Source of the DNA: a virus
Direction: 5' to 3' (one strand)
UHGV virus genome: UHGV-0223582
DNA length: 54,939 nt
Position numbers and translations under genes: made by a program. Shown here piece by piece: positions 1 through 8,705 of the stretch (the first letter of the stretch is position 1; each line of letters begins with the position of its first letter). The notes beneath the pieces are model-generated. The model was not told the DNA's origin and did no database searches. It saw only the letters and a program-made list of their open reading frames with translations.

Positions 1-57
1 CTGCCCAATATAGTTCTTGTAATAGACAGGGCTCAAATTCGCGCGTAGATTTCTCAT
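1..57 (-). CDS. N-terminal 19 codons of head-closure/head-tail joining protein (continues across the circular junction into 54939..54544)
   Basis: ATG at 57 reads MRNLRANLSPVYYKNYIGQ and continues in frame as VEIEDQYGNVTG... from 54939; lies between connector and gp10-like gene. Confidence 0.8.
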   Translation of the reverse strand, partial: MRNLRANLSPVYYKNYIGQ

Positions 58-58
58 A

Positions 59-364
59 TCACCGCACCATTCCTACAACAGGAGTAACCTCCTGCAGCAA
101 TTCCTCTGGTATTCCTTCCGACGCCCATCCACGGTCTACACCATTTTCTTTGTGGCTTGTCTGATAATCCGCCCCAAGCTTGTTATAGGCCGCCAGTGCA
201 ATCCGTACCTGCAGGTCGCTGTAGCGAGGCTCCAATGTTTCCGGGTATTCTCCATAAGGGAACCGACGTGCCAAAATCGCATGTTTAGCGCTCTCCAAAA
301 GCTCTTGAAGCAGCTCTTCATCGGATTCATTGGTGCGCAGTTTCAGCCTTTCCAGATTCTCCAT
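59..364 (-). CDS. head-tail connector protein (SPP1 gp15/HK97 gp6-like)
   Basis: 101 aa helical protein (LERLKLR...LLQELLESAK...YNKLGAD..SHKENGVDR) downstream of capsid. Confidence 0.75.
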   Translation of the reverse strand: MENLERLKLRTNESDEELLQELLESAKHAILARRFPYGEYPETLEPRYSDLQVRIALAAYNKLGADYQTSHKENGVDRGWASEGIPEELLQEVTPVVGMVR

Positions 365-542
365 GATTCACCTTCCTCGGTCTTCCTGCTTTTCTTGGGG
401 CAGCAGGAGTCGGCGAAGGTTCATGGAGTACTGTCCCATGCTTTTGCATTGTATCCGCGTCTTCGTCCCTGATCTGGAACGGAAAACCAGCCTCATAAAA
501 CCGGCCGTTATAGCACACGCGGTAATTTGGAATAAACTTCAT
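327..542 (-). CDS. small hypothetical head-associated protein with basic AT-hook-like tail
   Basis: 71 aa, GGAGG RBS, RKAGRPRK motif; position after capsid. Confidence 0.55.
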   Translation of the reverse strand: MKFIPNYRVCYNGRFYEAGFPFQIRDEDADTMQKHGTVLHEPSPTPAAPRKAGRPRKVNHGESGKAETAHQ

Positions 543-556
543 GCCGCCTCCTGTTT

Positions 557-931
557 TTACTCAAACGAAGCTCCGTCAAAACGGAAGATCACAACGCTCT
601 TCCCATCTACCAGAACTTCAAAAGTATCCGTTTTCGTCACACGGAAAATAATGTCAGGATCAAAGGTAATGTCCTGCTTTGTAGGAGAGCCGTTCTTTTT
701 GAATGTCATCTTGCTTCCAGTCTTTGTCAGGTGGAACGGGAAGTAATAGCCATCCTGTTCATCCGGTTCCGAACTGAACTCTGTGTATCCTGTCACATGA
801 TGGAATGTACCAGAGACTGAACCGTCTGCCTTGACCATCAGATCATTGCCTACCAGGTCGGACACCTGCTTCCCCAATAGGGTCTGACTGCCGGGGAACA
901 GCGTCAGAATGTCAGGCCCGATTATTCCCCC
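557..931 (-). CDS. beta-rich C-terminal extension of major capsid protein, probably made by -1 frameshift
   Basis: ORF is in the -1 frame of the capsid, opens only at GGGGGAA (931-925) and has no good RBS before TTG 877. Confidence 0.7.
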   Translation of the reverse strand, partial: GGIIGPDILTLFPGSQTLLGKQVSDLVGNDLMVKADGSVSGTFHHVTGYTEFSSEPDEQDGYYFPFHLTKTGSKMTFKKNGSPTKQDITFDPDIIFRVTKTDTFEVLVDGKSVVIFRFDGASFE

Positions 932-1992
932 AGGACGTTAAGTACTGCCACTTCGTCCATGCGCTCAAAGGAAGGCAAGACAATTTCGGATGCAAAGGTA
1001 TTGATGTTTACGGGGTGCTCCTGCAGAACGCGGGTAATGGCAACTCCGGTATTTACAATGGAAACCTCTGCACTGGACGCTCCGCGCAGATCCGCCTCTT
1101 CCGGCGTAGTGCCATACCATGTTCCGCCAAGCGTTCCGTCAGGGATCAGGCAGACATAGCCGTTTGGCACAAACGCATGAGCAACCTTGCTCTCGTCCCG
1201 ATACTGCTTATCGTAAATTGCAATCCGCAAACCAGAAGTAGACTCCACAACCGCCTTTACTTCATTTTCAGTCAGATATCCAAGAGACATGCCGTTGGTA
1301 GTCATATAACGGTTCTTTACAGCATCCGCTTTGGACAACAGATTGAAGGTATAGGAGTTCATGATGGCTACAGTCAGCTCAGTGCCGGTTTTTGCACGGA
1401 TTGCATCCTTAACCGCTTTGAACGCCGCAAAGGGATCTGCTGTTGCCGGCTTGTCCCAAGTTGCAGTACTGGTCAGAGCAGTGTAGTTGGTTGTTTTCCA
1501 GGAACCATCCGTATCGTATTTGTAGGTGTAATCCATCCCGTTTGCCTTGATCGCAATGCCAACATCGCCGCCCTCCGGGAAAAGCAGCTGCATAATCATC
1601 CGCTCAGGGACAACATTCGCGCCATCAATCAAATCACGAGTATCGTCAAACACACGGGCGATCACCTCAGCAGCATACGGGTCGGTAGACTCCTGCACTC
1701 GAAGCATCTCCTGCCGATCCTTCTCTTTGATCTTGTAACCCTCGCGGAAGAAGGGCATTTCCGTCTCCAGTTTCTCAAAGCCAATCCGATCCCGGAAGGT
1801 AGCCTTAGCATCAAAAGCGGAAGGCATCAGAGACACAGGCAGGCCACGGGAACCTTTGAGCCAGGACAGATCAAGGCCAGCCTTCTTGCGGGCAGGAAAC
1901 AGGGTAGCGCCCAGATAGGGAATCTGGTTGGAAGCAACCTCCGTCCAGTTCGCCGCAATCGCAGCAGGTGTAAAAACTTCTCTCAAATCCAT
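922..1992 (-). CDS. major capsid protein (lambda gpE family)
   Basis: 356 aa, YLGATLFP...LPVSLMPSAFDA..FRDR...MPFFRE pattern; follows scaffold and decoration genes. Confidence 0.9.
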   Translation of the reverse strand: MDLREVFTPAAIAANWTEVASNQIPYLGATLFPARKKAGLDLSWLKGSRGLPVSLMPSAFDAKATFRDRIGFEKLETEMPFFREGYKIKEKDRQEMLRVQESTDPYAAEVIARVFDDTRDLIDGANVVPERMIMQLLFPEGGDVGIAIKANGMDYTYKYDTDGSWKTTNYTALTSTATWDKPATADPFAAFKAVKDAIRAKTGTELTVAIMNSYTFNLLSKADAVKNRYMTTNGMSLGYLTENEVKAVVESTSGLRIAIYDKQYRDESKVAHAFVPNGYVCLIPDGTLGGTWYGTTPEEADLRGASSAEVSIVNTGVAITRVLQEHPVNINTFASEIVLPSFERMDEVAVLNVLGE

Positions 1993-2005
1993 TATGTTCG
2001 CCTCC

Positions 2006-2338
2006 TTACTCGTTCACGCCGATGTTGTCCCGCAGGATAATCCCGGGCACTGCAAATGTCGTATCCAATGTTACACCAGAATGCTCCTGAGCTTTTGCCT
2101 TGTCTACAACGCCCTGAACCAGCAGCGCTCCGTTCGGATTCTCTGTCGGATCTACATCGTACAGGAGCATACCTGCAGCAGTAGCATAAGACGTGGATGC
2201 AATCTTTTTCCCAGCAGAAGTCATCGGCGTTCCAGCCTTAACAGTCGATGTTTCATCCACTTTAATAGGAATTGCCACAAAATCGTCAGCAGCCAAAATT
2301 TCTACAGTGCCGCCAACAGAAGTCTTGGAAAACTTCAT
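2006..2338 (-). CDS. head decoration protein
   Basis: 110 aa, VKAGTP...GMLLYDVD...GALLVQG motif, between scaffold and capsid. Confidence 0.75.
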   Translation of the reverse strand: MKFSKTSVGGTVEILAADDFVAIPIKVDETSTVKAGTPMTSAGKKIASTSYATAAGMLLYDVDPTENPNGALLVQGVVDKAKAQEHSGVTLDTTFAVPGIILRDNIGVNE

Positions 2339-2356
2339 CTGTTTCTCTCCTTTTCA

Positions 2357-2926
2357 TCAAAAATAGTGTTTCAAACCTTCGTTTGCATTTTTGAGGGCAT
2401 CGGCCCGCTGCTTGCCCAGCTTCTTGGCAAACTCTACGGCCTCATTCTTGCCGACCTCTCCACCACCAGCACCGTCAGGCTTAGGGTCCTGCTTCACCAG
2501 ATCAGCCCGCAGCTTCTTCTCATATGCGGCGTTGGCCTTCTGCTGGTTGGCAAAGACCCGCTCCATATCGCCGTCAAACAACGCCTCTGCTGTCTCGCGG
2601 GCCAGCTTCTCGTCATAGCCCGGCATGGCGATATAGCGGGCGGTGTGCTCGGCAATGGTGGACTTCCGAAGCAGTTCAGTGTACTTGTCCTCCAGCGCCT
2701 TGCGGTCAGCGTCAGCCTGCGCTTTTGCCGCTTCATCATCGGTCATCTTAGACTTGAGCTGTTTGGACAGGTTGGCCGCCTCGGTAGCCTTGGCGTCAAA
2801 AACTTCTTTCTTCACATAGCCGCTCAGGTCAACCTGGTCAGGTACATCAAGCCCCAACAGGGCGGTAACCTTGTCGGCGTCGCTCATTTCCGCGAAGCCC
2901 TGGATGCTGTCAGTGGAAATCTTCAT
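2357..2926 (-). CDS. capsid scaffolding protein (DUF4355-like)
   Basis: 189 aa charged coiled-coil protein ending in a P/G-rich linker; upstream of decoration/capsid. Confidence 0.8.
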   Translation of the reverse strand: MKISTDSIQGFAEMSDADKVTALLGLDVPDQVDLSGYVKKEVFDAKATEAANLSKQLKSKMTDDEAAKAQADADRKALEDKYTELLRKSTIAEHTARYIAMPGYDEKLARETAEALFDGDMERVFANQQKANAAYEKKLRADLVKQDPKPDGAGGGEVGKNEAVEFAKKLGKQRADALKNANEGLKHYF

Positions 2927-2951
2927 GTAAATTCTCCTTTTGGGTTTTGTA

Positions 2952-3029
2952 AGTGTTCTCTCACTATGTTTTTGGGTTATTAAGCGTTCTCTCGCTGTTG
3001 GGAGATTTATACCGCCCCTTCTCTGGGGC
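2952..3029 (-). repeat. three tandem hairpins with identical AGAGAA loops in scaffold 5' leader
   Basis: minus strand GCCCC-AGAGAA-GGGGC, AGCG-AGAGAA-CGCT, AGTG-AGAGAA-CACT at 31-32 nt spacing. Confidence 0.8.
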
Positions 3030-3041
3030 CATATTCAACGG

Positions 3042-3323
3042 TTATTCTCCGTTTGAATTTTCAAATTGGTATTGGGCAAATAAACCTTTGCTATCAAGAA
3101 ATCTGATTTTTCTGGGAGATATTTCATCCATAGACCCATCTTCGTATTCAACAATGCCAAGCGTTATCCAATATTGTCCGCCTGGGTGCCCACCACGCAA
3201 CGGTGAGGCGTCTACTACATCGGCCCGTTGTTCCCATCGATGGAACATCGCCCGTTTCTCATCTACAACGCAAGGACGATATTCTGAATTTGTAATTGTC
3301 AGGGTTCCATCAAGGCTTGCCAT
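3042..3323 (-). CDS. hypothetical phage protein
   Basis: 93 aa ORF with GGAGG RBS. Confidence 0.65.
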   Translation of the reverse strand: MASLDGTLTITNSEYRPCVVDEKRAMFHRWEQRADVVDASPLRGGHPGGQYWITLGIVEYEDGSMDEISPRKIRFLDSKGLFAQYQFENSNGE

Positions 3324-3332
3324 ATTTCCCTC

Positions 3333-3953
3333 CTATTTCACGGCCTCCATCCAGCACCTACATTTTCTATGTGGTTTTGGCGGAATAGAATTTATTGGGT
3401 ATATCTTTCCGTCCCGCTCCCTGCAAGTTTCACATTCTTTCCCATCTAGTACAGTGTGCCACTTCACCCTTCTCACACCGGAATCCTGATAGGCTTTCAG
3501 GGTGGATTCATCGGTCACAATGTCCCCGTATGTAGCTGTCAGATCAGCCCAGTAATGTAGCCCCCGCCGGAACTCTGTTACCTTGCCCGTGCTGGAATTG
3601 ATGCCCTCAGCGGTGTACTGCCTCTTGCGGTCAACATCGTTGTCATAAATGACTTTCGTCACAGCGTTGTACGCCGCCAGTAAAGCCAGCAACCACGCTA
3701 AATCAGGCGGTTCCTCTCCGTGCGGTTCGGCCTCCTGATACCGCTCTTGCGCCAGTTCAAGAAAGACATCTTGGTTGTCCTTGCGCAGTTGGTCATACAG
3801 TGTTCGGGTAACTTCCAGCACATTGAGTTCATCAAACCCGTTCTGCGCCGCTTCATCTTTGGCGTCCTCAAACCGCTTGACCGCCCTCCTGTTCAAAAGG
3901 TCGATAGCTTTGTCGGTAAGGTCATAAGGGTTTTTGTTTTCCAAACAGTTCAT
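3333..3953 (-). CDS. minor capsid/head morphogenesis protein (SPP1 gp7 / Mu gpF-like)
   Basis: C-terminal W..VLDGKECETC..RDG...PPKPHRKCRC motif. Confidence 0.85.
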   Translation of the reverse strand: MNCLENKNPYDLTDKAIDLLNRRAVKRFEDAKDEAAQNGFDELNVLEVTRTLYDQLRKDNQDVFLELAQERYQEAEPHGEEPPDLAWLLALLAAYNAVTKVIYDNDVDRKRQYTAEGINSSTGKVTEFRRGLHYWADLTATYGDIVTDESTLKAYQDSGVRRVKWHTVLDGKECETCRERDGKIYPINSIPPKPHRKCRCWMEAVK

Positions 3954-4293
3954 CCCCTATGCGGTTATATTCATCGAGAATTGCATCAAAAGCGGTATCC
4001 CATTCCGGGCCGTGTCCAGCGTCATATCCAACGGCTACATGTGCAAGTTCGTGTGCAAAAATTTCTGTTGCGTTTTCAATGTCCACATTCGGATCTACTA
4101 AAACTTGAATTTCTCCATCATCGCAGAAATTTGTGAGACCATATGCCTTATCTCCGTCATCTGCTTCCAGATCTGCTTCGAAATAGCATTCACACTTTTT
4201 TCCTGGATAAATGTTTTGAAACGCTTGATATACCATGCTGAAGGGATCATTCAGAAACGGGGTCTTCCGCATCTGCATTGTTTGTTCCTCCAT
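3922..4293 (-). CDS. small HExxH zinc-metallopeptidase-like protein (ImmA/IrrE/SprT-like)
   Basis: IFAHELAHVAVG...HGPEW motif. Confidence 0.65.
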   Translation of the reverse strand: MEEQTMQMRKTPFLNDPFSMVYQAFQNIYPGKKCECYFEADLEADDGDKAYGLTNFCDDGEIQVLVDPNVDIENATEIFAHELAHVAVGYDAGHGPEWDTAFDAILDEYNRIGDELFGKQKPL

Positions 4294-5713
4294 TCCTATC
4301 TGCCATCAGTTCATCCCGCAGGCTCCGCTCCATCTTTTTCTGCTGTTCCTCGGCATATTCTATACTGATCCTGTATGCGTCCTCGGGGTCGCTGAATAGC
4401 CCGCTGTACTGGAACGCCAGCTTCGGATGAATCTTGCTGTTGTTCAGCATTTCCGCCAGCACTTGCGCCTTGGACTGGATGTTGGATAGGTTCTTCCGAG
4501 TGAACTCCGGCTTGATGTCGGACAACTGCAAGCCCAAATCTCCAGTCTCCCGGCAGATATACAACACCAGCCGTAGAAACTCTCTCTCTGACCGCTCCCA
4601 TGTCTTTTCCGTGTCCTTAGCCCGGCTCTCAGCAGCAGACCAGCCGTCCCGGTAAATGACCGCCTGACCGGTGTCGCTTGTAGAGGAACCGCCGTTCCGG
4701 TTCGGCATCCCGCAGATGGTTAGATAGGCGTCTTCCAAATCGTCCACAACAGTCTGCGTGTTGGCCTGATTCAGCTCAGAGGCAATGCGGTAGACTTTGG
4801 CTTCCATACCAGGAACACCCTTAATTTCAATCGCCATGCCTCCAGAAGCAAGGGATCTGTATGCGTTCTTGTCAATTTCGCAATTCTGGAACACATCAAA
4901 AGCGTTCACGAAATCCTGGATACTGTCCAGCCGGTTAGACTCAATCATATTGATGGCGTTCAGGATAGGGATGACCGGCTCAAAGGCCCCCATTCGTGCA
5001 TCGTTGTTCACATACTCCACAATGGGGATGTATGGTATGGTGCGGGTCTCTTGCTTCGTGATCTTACCGTTCTGTACCTCGAAGTACCACTCCGGGGTAT
5101 ATACACAAAAATAAGGCTGACACTCTTCGTCTACTTGTTCTATCACACCCGCTACCTTTTTCTGCCCGATTCCGCTGTGATAGATGCAGAACGCAGCCCT
5201 CGGATCAAGGGTGTAAATGGATACGGGGGAACCATCTCCCTCTCCTGCTTCATCAGGGAGAACCATACGTACCGCCACACCGCAAATGTGCATCCAGTCT
5301 GCCAGTTCCTTATCGAGAGTGTCTTTGCTCTCGGCCCGCATATACTCATTAAGTGTGTTCACACTGGCGGAAATATCATCCTCTCCGCCGTTTGATACAT
5401 AGCGGATCGGGCCGTCCAAGAGGTAAGCGGACTTGAAGACCACGATCTCGTTCGCACGGTTAATCATCACCTTGTTGTTAATCTCCGGGCGGACGATTTT
5501 ATTTTTCAGGCGGATGTCCTGTTTCCCTCTGTAATAGTCATACAGGTAGGCTGTTTCTACCCTATTGATACGATGCACTGCCAGCGCTTTTCCCAGCACA
5601 TCCACCACATTTTCCGGGGTGACTCGCTTTTTCGAGGTGTAGATTTTACGCCGACCCGTCAAACCATTGACCGGCCACTCAGATAAAGCTCGAACAGTAT
5701 CGTTTTCAGTCAC
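4247..5713 (-). CDS. portal protein (SPP1 gp6-like)
   Basis: YLYDYYRGKQDI, NNKV..N.ANEIV, IPIVEYVNN motifs; start re-set to GTG 5713 after GGAGG. Confidence 0.92.
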   Translation of the reverse strand: MTENDTVRALSEWPVNGLTGRRKIYTSKKRVTPENVVDVLGKALAVHRINRVETAYLYDYYRGKQDIRLKNKIVRPEINNKVMINRANEIVVFKSAYLLDGPIRYVSNGGEDDISASVNTLNEYMRAESKDTLDKELADWMHICGVAVRMVLPDEAGEGDGSPVSIYTLDPRAAFCIYHSGIGQKKVAGVIEQVDEECQPYFCVYTPEWYFEVQNGKITKQETRTIPYIPIVEYVNNDARMGAFEPVIPILNAINMIESNRLDSIQDFVNAFDVFQNCEIDKNAYRSLASGGMAIEIKGVPGMEAKVYRIASELNQANTQTVVDDLEDAYLTICGMPNRNGGSSTSDTGQAVIYRDGWSAAESRAKDTEKTWERSEREFLRLVLYICRETGDLGLQLSDIKPEFTRKNLSNIQSKAQVLAEMLNNSKIHPKLAFQYSGLFSDPEDAYRISIEYAEEQQKKMERSLRDELMADRNGGTNNADAEDPVSE

Positions 5714-5779
5714 CTTGCCACCTCCAAACAAACAAAAAAGCGCCAACAAGAATCCGGGAAATGAATCTCGGAAACTCAT

Positions 5780-5829
5780 TGGCACTTGGCACTGTTAGCT
5801 CCATCAGGGGAGAGGCACTTGGCACTGGT
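5780..5829 (-). promoter_or_regulatory. paired AGTGCCAAGTGCC element, copy 1 (portal leader)
   Basis: 49/50 identical to 48431-48480. Confidence 0.75.
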
Positions 5830-5986
5830 TTATTTCAGTTTTCCTCAAAGGAAGAACTATTTTTATGTTTTTATGACATCCTTTGCAATATGGATAAACA
5901 GTTCCATTTGCATCGTCTTCTACTTCCATAAGCTTTCTTCGGATACCGGCGGCGGCACATATTGGGCAAAAAACATTTACCTTCAA
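5804..5986 (-). CDS. small zinc-finger protein (Com-like regulator candidate)
   Basis: 60 aa with CPIC and CKGC; AAAGGTG RBS; 3' end overlaps the AGTGCC element. Confidence 0.65.
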   Translation of the reverse strand: MKVNVFCPICAAAGIRRKLMEVEDDANGTVYPYCKGCHKNIKIVLPLRKTEINQCQVPLP

Positions 5987-6012
5987 TCAACCGCCCACCT
6001 TTCCTGAAAATT

Positions 6013-6086
6013 TGGAGCAGCGCACGGGTCTTGAACCCGTACCATCAGCTTTGAAAGCTGGTATGCGCCAATTACACCAGCGCTGC
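6013..6086 (-). tRNA. tRNA with Gly-type body and UCA anticodon (putative opal suppressor)
   Basis: GCAGCGC/GCGCTGC acceptor, U73, CCA, T-arm ACGGG-TTCAAGA-CCCGT, anticodon loop TT-TCA-AA (anticodon 6054-6052). Confidence 0.8.
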
Positions 6087-6250
6087 AAATAGCCCTCGTA
6101 ACAGGGCTATGTTGTGTGATTATCAGGATTTGCACACCGTCCTATACATGCGCCATTTGTTTTCTCCCACTATACAGCGCAAGATACAATGGGAAAAGTG
6201 TCTCTTCCACAGCCAGCAAACCAGATTGGTTTATTTCCGCTTTTGCGGAT

Positions 6251-6327
6251 TGGTGGCACGGGGTGGGCTTGAACCGCCTTGTGCTCCCATCTGAGAGCCT
6301 ATGCCCATCCATTCGGACATCCGTACC
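6251..6327 (-). ncRNA. tRNA-like RNA/pseudo-tRNA with non-canonical anticodon arm
   Basis: GGTACGG/CCGTGCC acceptor + ACCA, D-stem GTCC/GGGC, T-loop TTCAAGC; anticodon arm lacks a 7-nt loop. Confidence 0.65.
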
Positions 6328-6377
6328 GTATTTGGGCCTCCGGCGATGTACCGTCGGCCCGCTTACTCTCTCCCGAA

Positions 6378-6432
6378 ATACTATATATTGTATTTCTTTT
6401 TTAATTATACCACAATATAATGTGTTTGTAAA
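6378..6432 (-). promoter_or_regulatory. late promoter TTTACA-N17-TATAAT (TGn extended) with two NrdR-box-like sites (6378-6393, 6410-6425)
   Basis: -35 at 6432-6427, -10 at 6409-6404; 16-bp boxes match acaCwAtATaTwGtgt and lie 32 bp apart. Confidence 0.75.
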
Positions 6433-6462
6433 CCAATTTATGAAAAAAACACAAGATACTTT

Positions 6463-8085
6463 TTAAAACGGGCGCCGGAATACCTCCACCTTGTTCCCTT
6501 CTAGTTGCTGGACATATTCAGCAAACATTGCCCAAGCATCAGGAACATCGTCATGTTTATTTTTCCCAGCCATCGTATAGCCGCATAGGAAGTTTAGCAT
6601 CCGGCGATACTCCTTATCTTTCTTTATGATGGAATTGTCCTTAAATAAAACCCGTTCTTTTACCCACGGGGAATTTACTATGATCTTTGTCTCTTTCCCC
6701 TGTGTTGTGTATTTTGTTGTGATTTTTGCGATTCCCCCGGATTCTTTCACTTCTTTTTGAACTTTTTCTGCTATTTTACCACCAGCGCTGTTACTTTCAA
6801 ACTGACCCATCTGAGCCTTGTGTTGAAGAAGCTTTGACACTAGCCTCGCCTCTACGACCTCTGGATTGCTGTTGTCGCATACTACGTCTTCACAATAAAA
6901 GTCATTTCCGTACTGGTAACAAATCGGCATGACGCAGTAATCAGTGCCCTTGTCCTTCGTATCGCACACAAACAGAATTGCATCTGGTTTTCTATCAGGA
7001 AGCTCAAAGTACCGGCGCAGCTCATCTTCATTGTAGAGCTGTCCTTCACGCTCAATGGGCTGAGTCATGTATAGTGCCCTCCAGGAAGCATCGTCCATAA
7101 CATCTCTCTGATTGTGATAGAATGCCGTGGTAAACCCAAGCCCATACGGATAATCAAAATTGCTCTCATCGTTTTCATCCAGAGCAGGTAGGTGGATAAA
7201 CTCTGCCAATGGATCATTGGTATGCGTCAGTTCAAGCCGGTCAATGGGGTCATGCAGCGTCCATGGAGTTTGGACAAGGAGCTGGACGCAATCGCCAATC
7301 ATTCTTTGCATCATATCGGTATAATACTGTTGCCAGAGTTTATCCATCCGTTCTTTGCTCATTGCAGATTCAATATCAGGTACAAGGTCATCTGCTACCA
7401 GAAGATTAGAGGCACGAACTTTGCCCGCGTTACCAGATCCAATGGACGAAAACTCAAAGGTCTCAAACCGCTTTCGTTTTCCAAGATCAATTCGCATGTC
7501 CTGGGCGTTTGTTTTGCAAACTTGAGCAGATGGAAAAATATCTTTCCACAAATACTCCCCTTTGGGGTCTAACATCCGCCCAACTTCTTCATAAGCCCCA
7601 CGTAGGAATGAGTTTGAGTGCGAACCCATCAGAATGCTTAAATCTGGATTCTTTAACCCCTCCATCACCATGAACATCAATTCAATGGTGGTCTTCCCGA
7701 CGCCTGGGGGAGCCATAACACCCAAAATGCGTATCTTCCGTTCAGATAGCCGCTGCATGGCCTTGACAACAGGAAGTAGCTGCTTTCTGCGTGGCATATA
7801 AAACTTCTTTTTCGGCTCTCTATCCCACTCAGCATATCTTATCGCCGCATCAAAATCATACGGTGCATCAAACAGCAGACTTCGCTTATTCAGATCAAAC
7901 ATCTTGAAGCTGTTCTGCTCTTTGGCATATTTGGCCGATAGGCGGCGGACTTCCTTATTAACGCTGTGGGCTTCTTCAAAATTTTCGGATTCATACAATC
8001 TACATACATCAAACAAATCTTGCAACGCAGAGGCATCAGATAGATCTCTCTCTCTTGCTTTCTTAATCAGTTCATCAAGCTTCAC
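6463..8085 (-). CDS. terL: terminase large subunit
   Basis: 540 aa; Walker A APPGVGKT, Walker B LLVADD, nuclease VCDTKDKG.D and KHDDVPDA motifs. Confidence 0.92.
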   Translation of the reverse strand: MKLDELIKKARERDLSDASALQDLFDVCRLYESENFEEAHSVNKEVRRLSAKYAKEQNSFKMFDLNKRSLLFDAPYDFDAAIRYAEWDREPKKKFYMPRRKQLLPVVKAMQRLSERKIRILGVMAPPGVGKTTIELMFMVMEGLKNPDLSILMGSHSNSFLRGAYEEVGRMLDPKGEYLWKDIFPSAQVCKTNAQDMRIDLGKRKRFETFEFSSIGSGNAGKVRASNLLVADDLVPDIESAMSKERMDKLWQQYYTDMMQRMIGDCVQLLVQTPWTLHDPIDRLELTHTNDPLAEFIHLPALDENDESNFDYPYGLGFTTAFYHNQRDVMDDASWRALYMTQPIEREGQLYNEDELRRYFELPDRKPDAILFVCDTKDKGTDYCVMPICYQYGNDFYCEDVVCDNSNPEVVEARLVSKLLQHKAQMGQFESNSAGGKIAEKVQKEVKESGGIAKITTKYTTQGKETKIIVNSPWVKERVLFKDNSIIKKDKEYRRMLNFLCGYTMAGKNKHDDVPDAWAMFAEYVQQLEGNKVEVFRRPF

Positions 8086-8197
8086 TATCTATCAATCCTC
8101 CAAAATATTCTTTCTCTGCGTTTAGTCTTGCATTTTTTGCTTCTTCTAAATTATCGAAGTATCCGAACAATATCACTTTTTTATCTCTTGAAATTTC
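8075..8197 (-). pseudogene. remnant C-terminal AP2 domain of an HNH-AP2 endonuclease
   Basis: reads EISRDKKVILFGYFDNLEEAKNARLNAEKEYFG with no matching N-terminal part. Confidence 0.5.
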
Positions 8198-8243
8198 TCT
8201 CTATCAAAGTGGTCGTGCCCGTAATGTACATATCTGCGCATAT

Positions 8244-8474
8244 TCAATCCTCCGCCGGTTCTGGAATAGGCATCCAGTGAGTAACTATCATCCCTTTAAA
8301 TACGGAATTTATTGGAGTACATTCCTCAAACATTTTATCTTGAAACTGCCAGGCTTCATATTCTTTTAAATATCTGTAATTAGACAAAATCTTTTTCTTA
8401 CCCGCCCATCTTACCGTCACCATCACTGGCTCCATATCTGGTGGCATCCTATCAGTGCATTTGATCCAGTCCAT
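8244..8474 (-). CDS. DUF551-family protein
   Basis: MDWIKCTDRMP...VTHWMPIPEP signature. Confidence 0.8.
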   Translation of the reverse strand: MDWIKCTDRMPPDMEPVMVTVRWAGKKKILSNYRYLKEYEAWQFQDKMFEECTPINSVFKGMIVTHWMPIPEPAED

Positions 8475-8682
8475 TCAATATTGCCCCATCATAGTATCTG
8501 CAATTCTTATCAATCGGAAGCGAAAACTCCTCCGGCATATTCCCCAAAAAGAAACGGCTCATTTTTGTTCTTTTGCACCTTAGTGACCATCCAGCAGGAG
8601 ACTCCATCCCATCAGGCCACTCAATCCTGTCGTGCCACTCTATTTCATTGTATTCACAATTCACACAATTTCTCATAATCAC
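8452..8682 (-). CDS. hypothetical Cys-containing phage protein
   Basis: 76 aa, CVNC, overlaps next gene. Confidence 0.5.
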   Translation of the reverse strand: MIMRNCVNCEYNEIEWHDRIEWPDGMESPAGWSLRCKRTKMSRFFLGNMPEEFSLPIDKNCRYYDGAILNGLDQMH

Positions 8683-8705
8683 CCATCATGCAACACAGCA
8701 TCGCT

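Noticed and set aside
2338..2359. Scaffold and decoration genes are in frame, so UGA readthrough could fuse them
   Set aside because: They are separated by two consecutive TGA codons and the decoration gene has its own AAGGAG RBS
1015..2983. Long plus-strand ORFs (1015..2040, 1928..2983) and similar ones such as 19942..20892 and 44040..44840
   Set aside because: Antisense shadows of well-supported minus-strand genes with no recognisable motifs
6013..6086. tRNA-Sec or tRNA-Trp(UCA)
   Set aside because: No long variable arm or 8-bp acceptor stem; U73 and G1-C72/C2-G71 fit Gly rather than Trp or Sec
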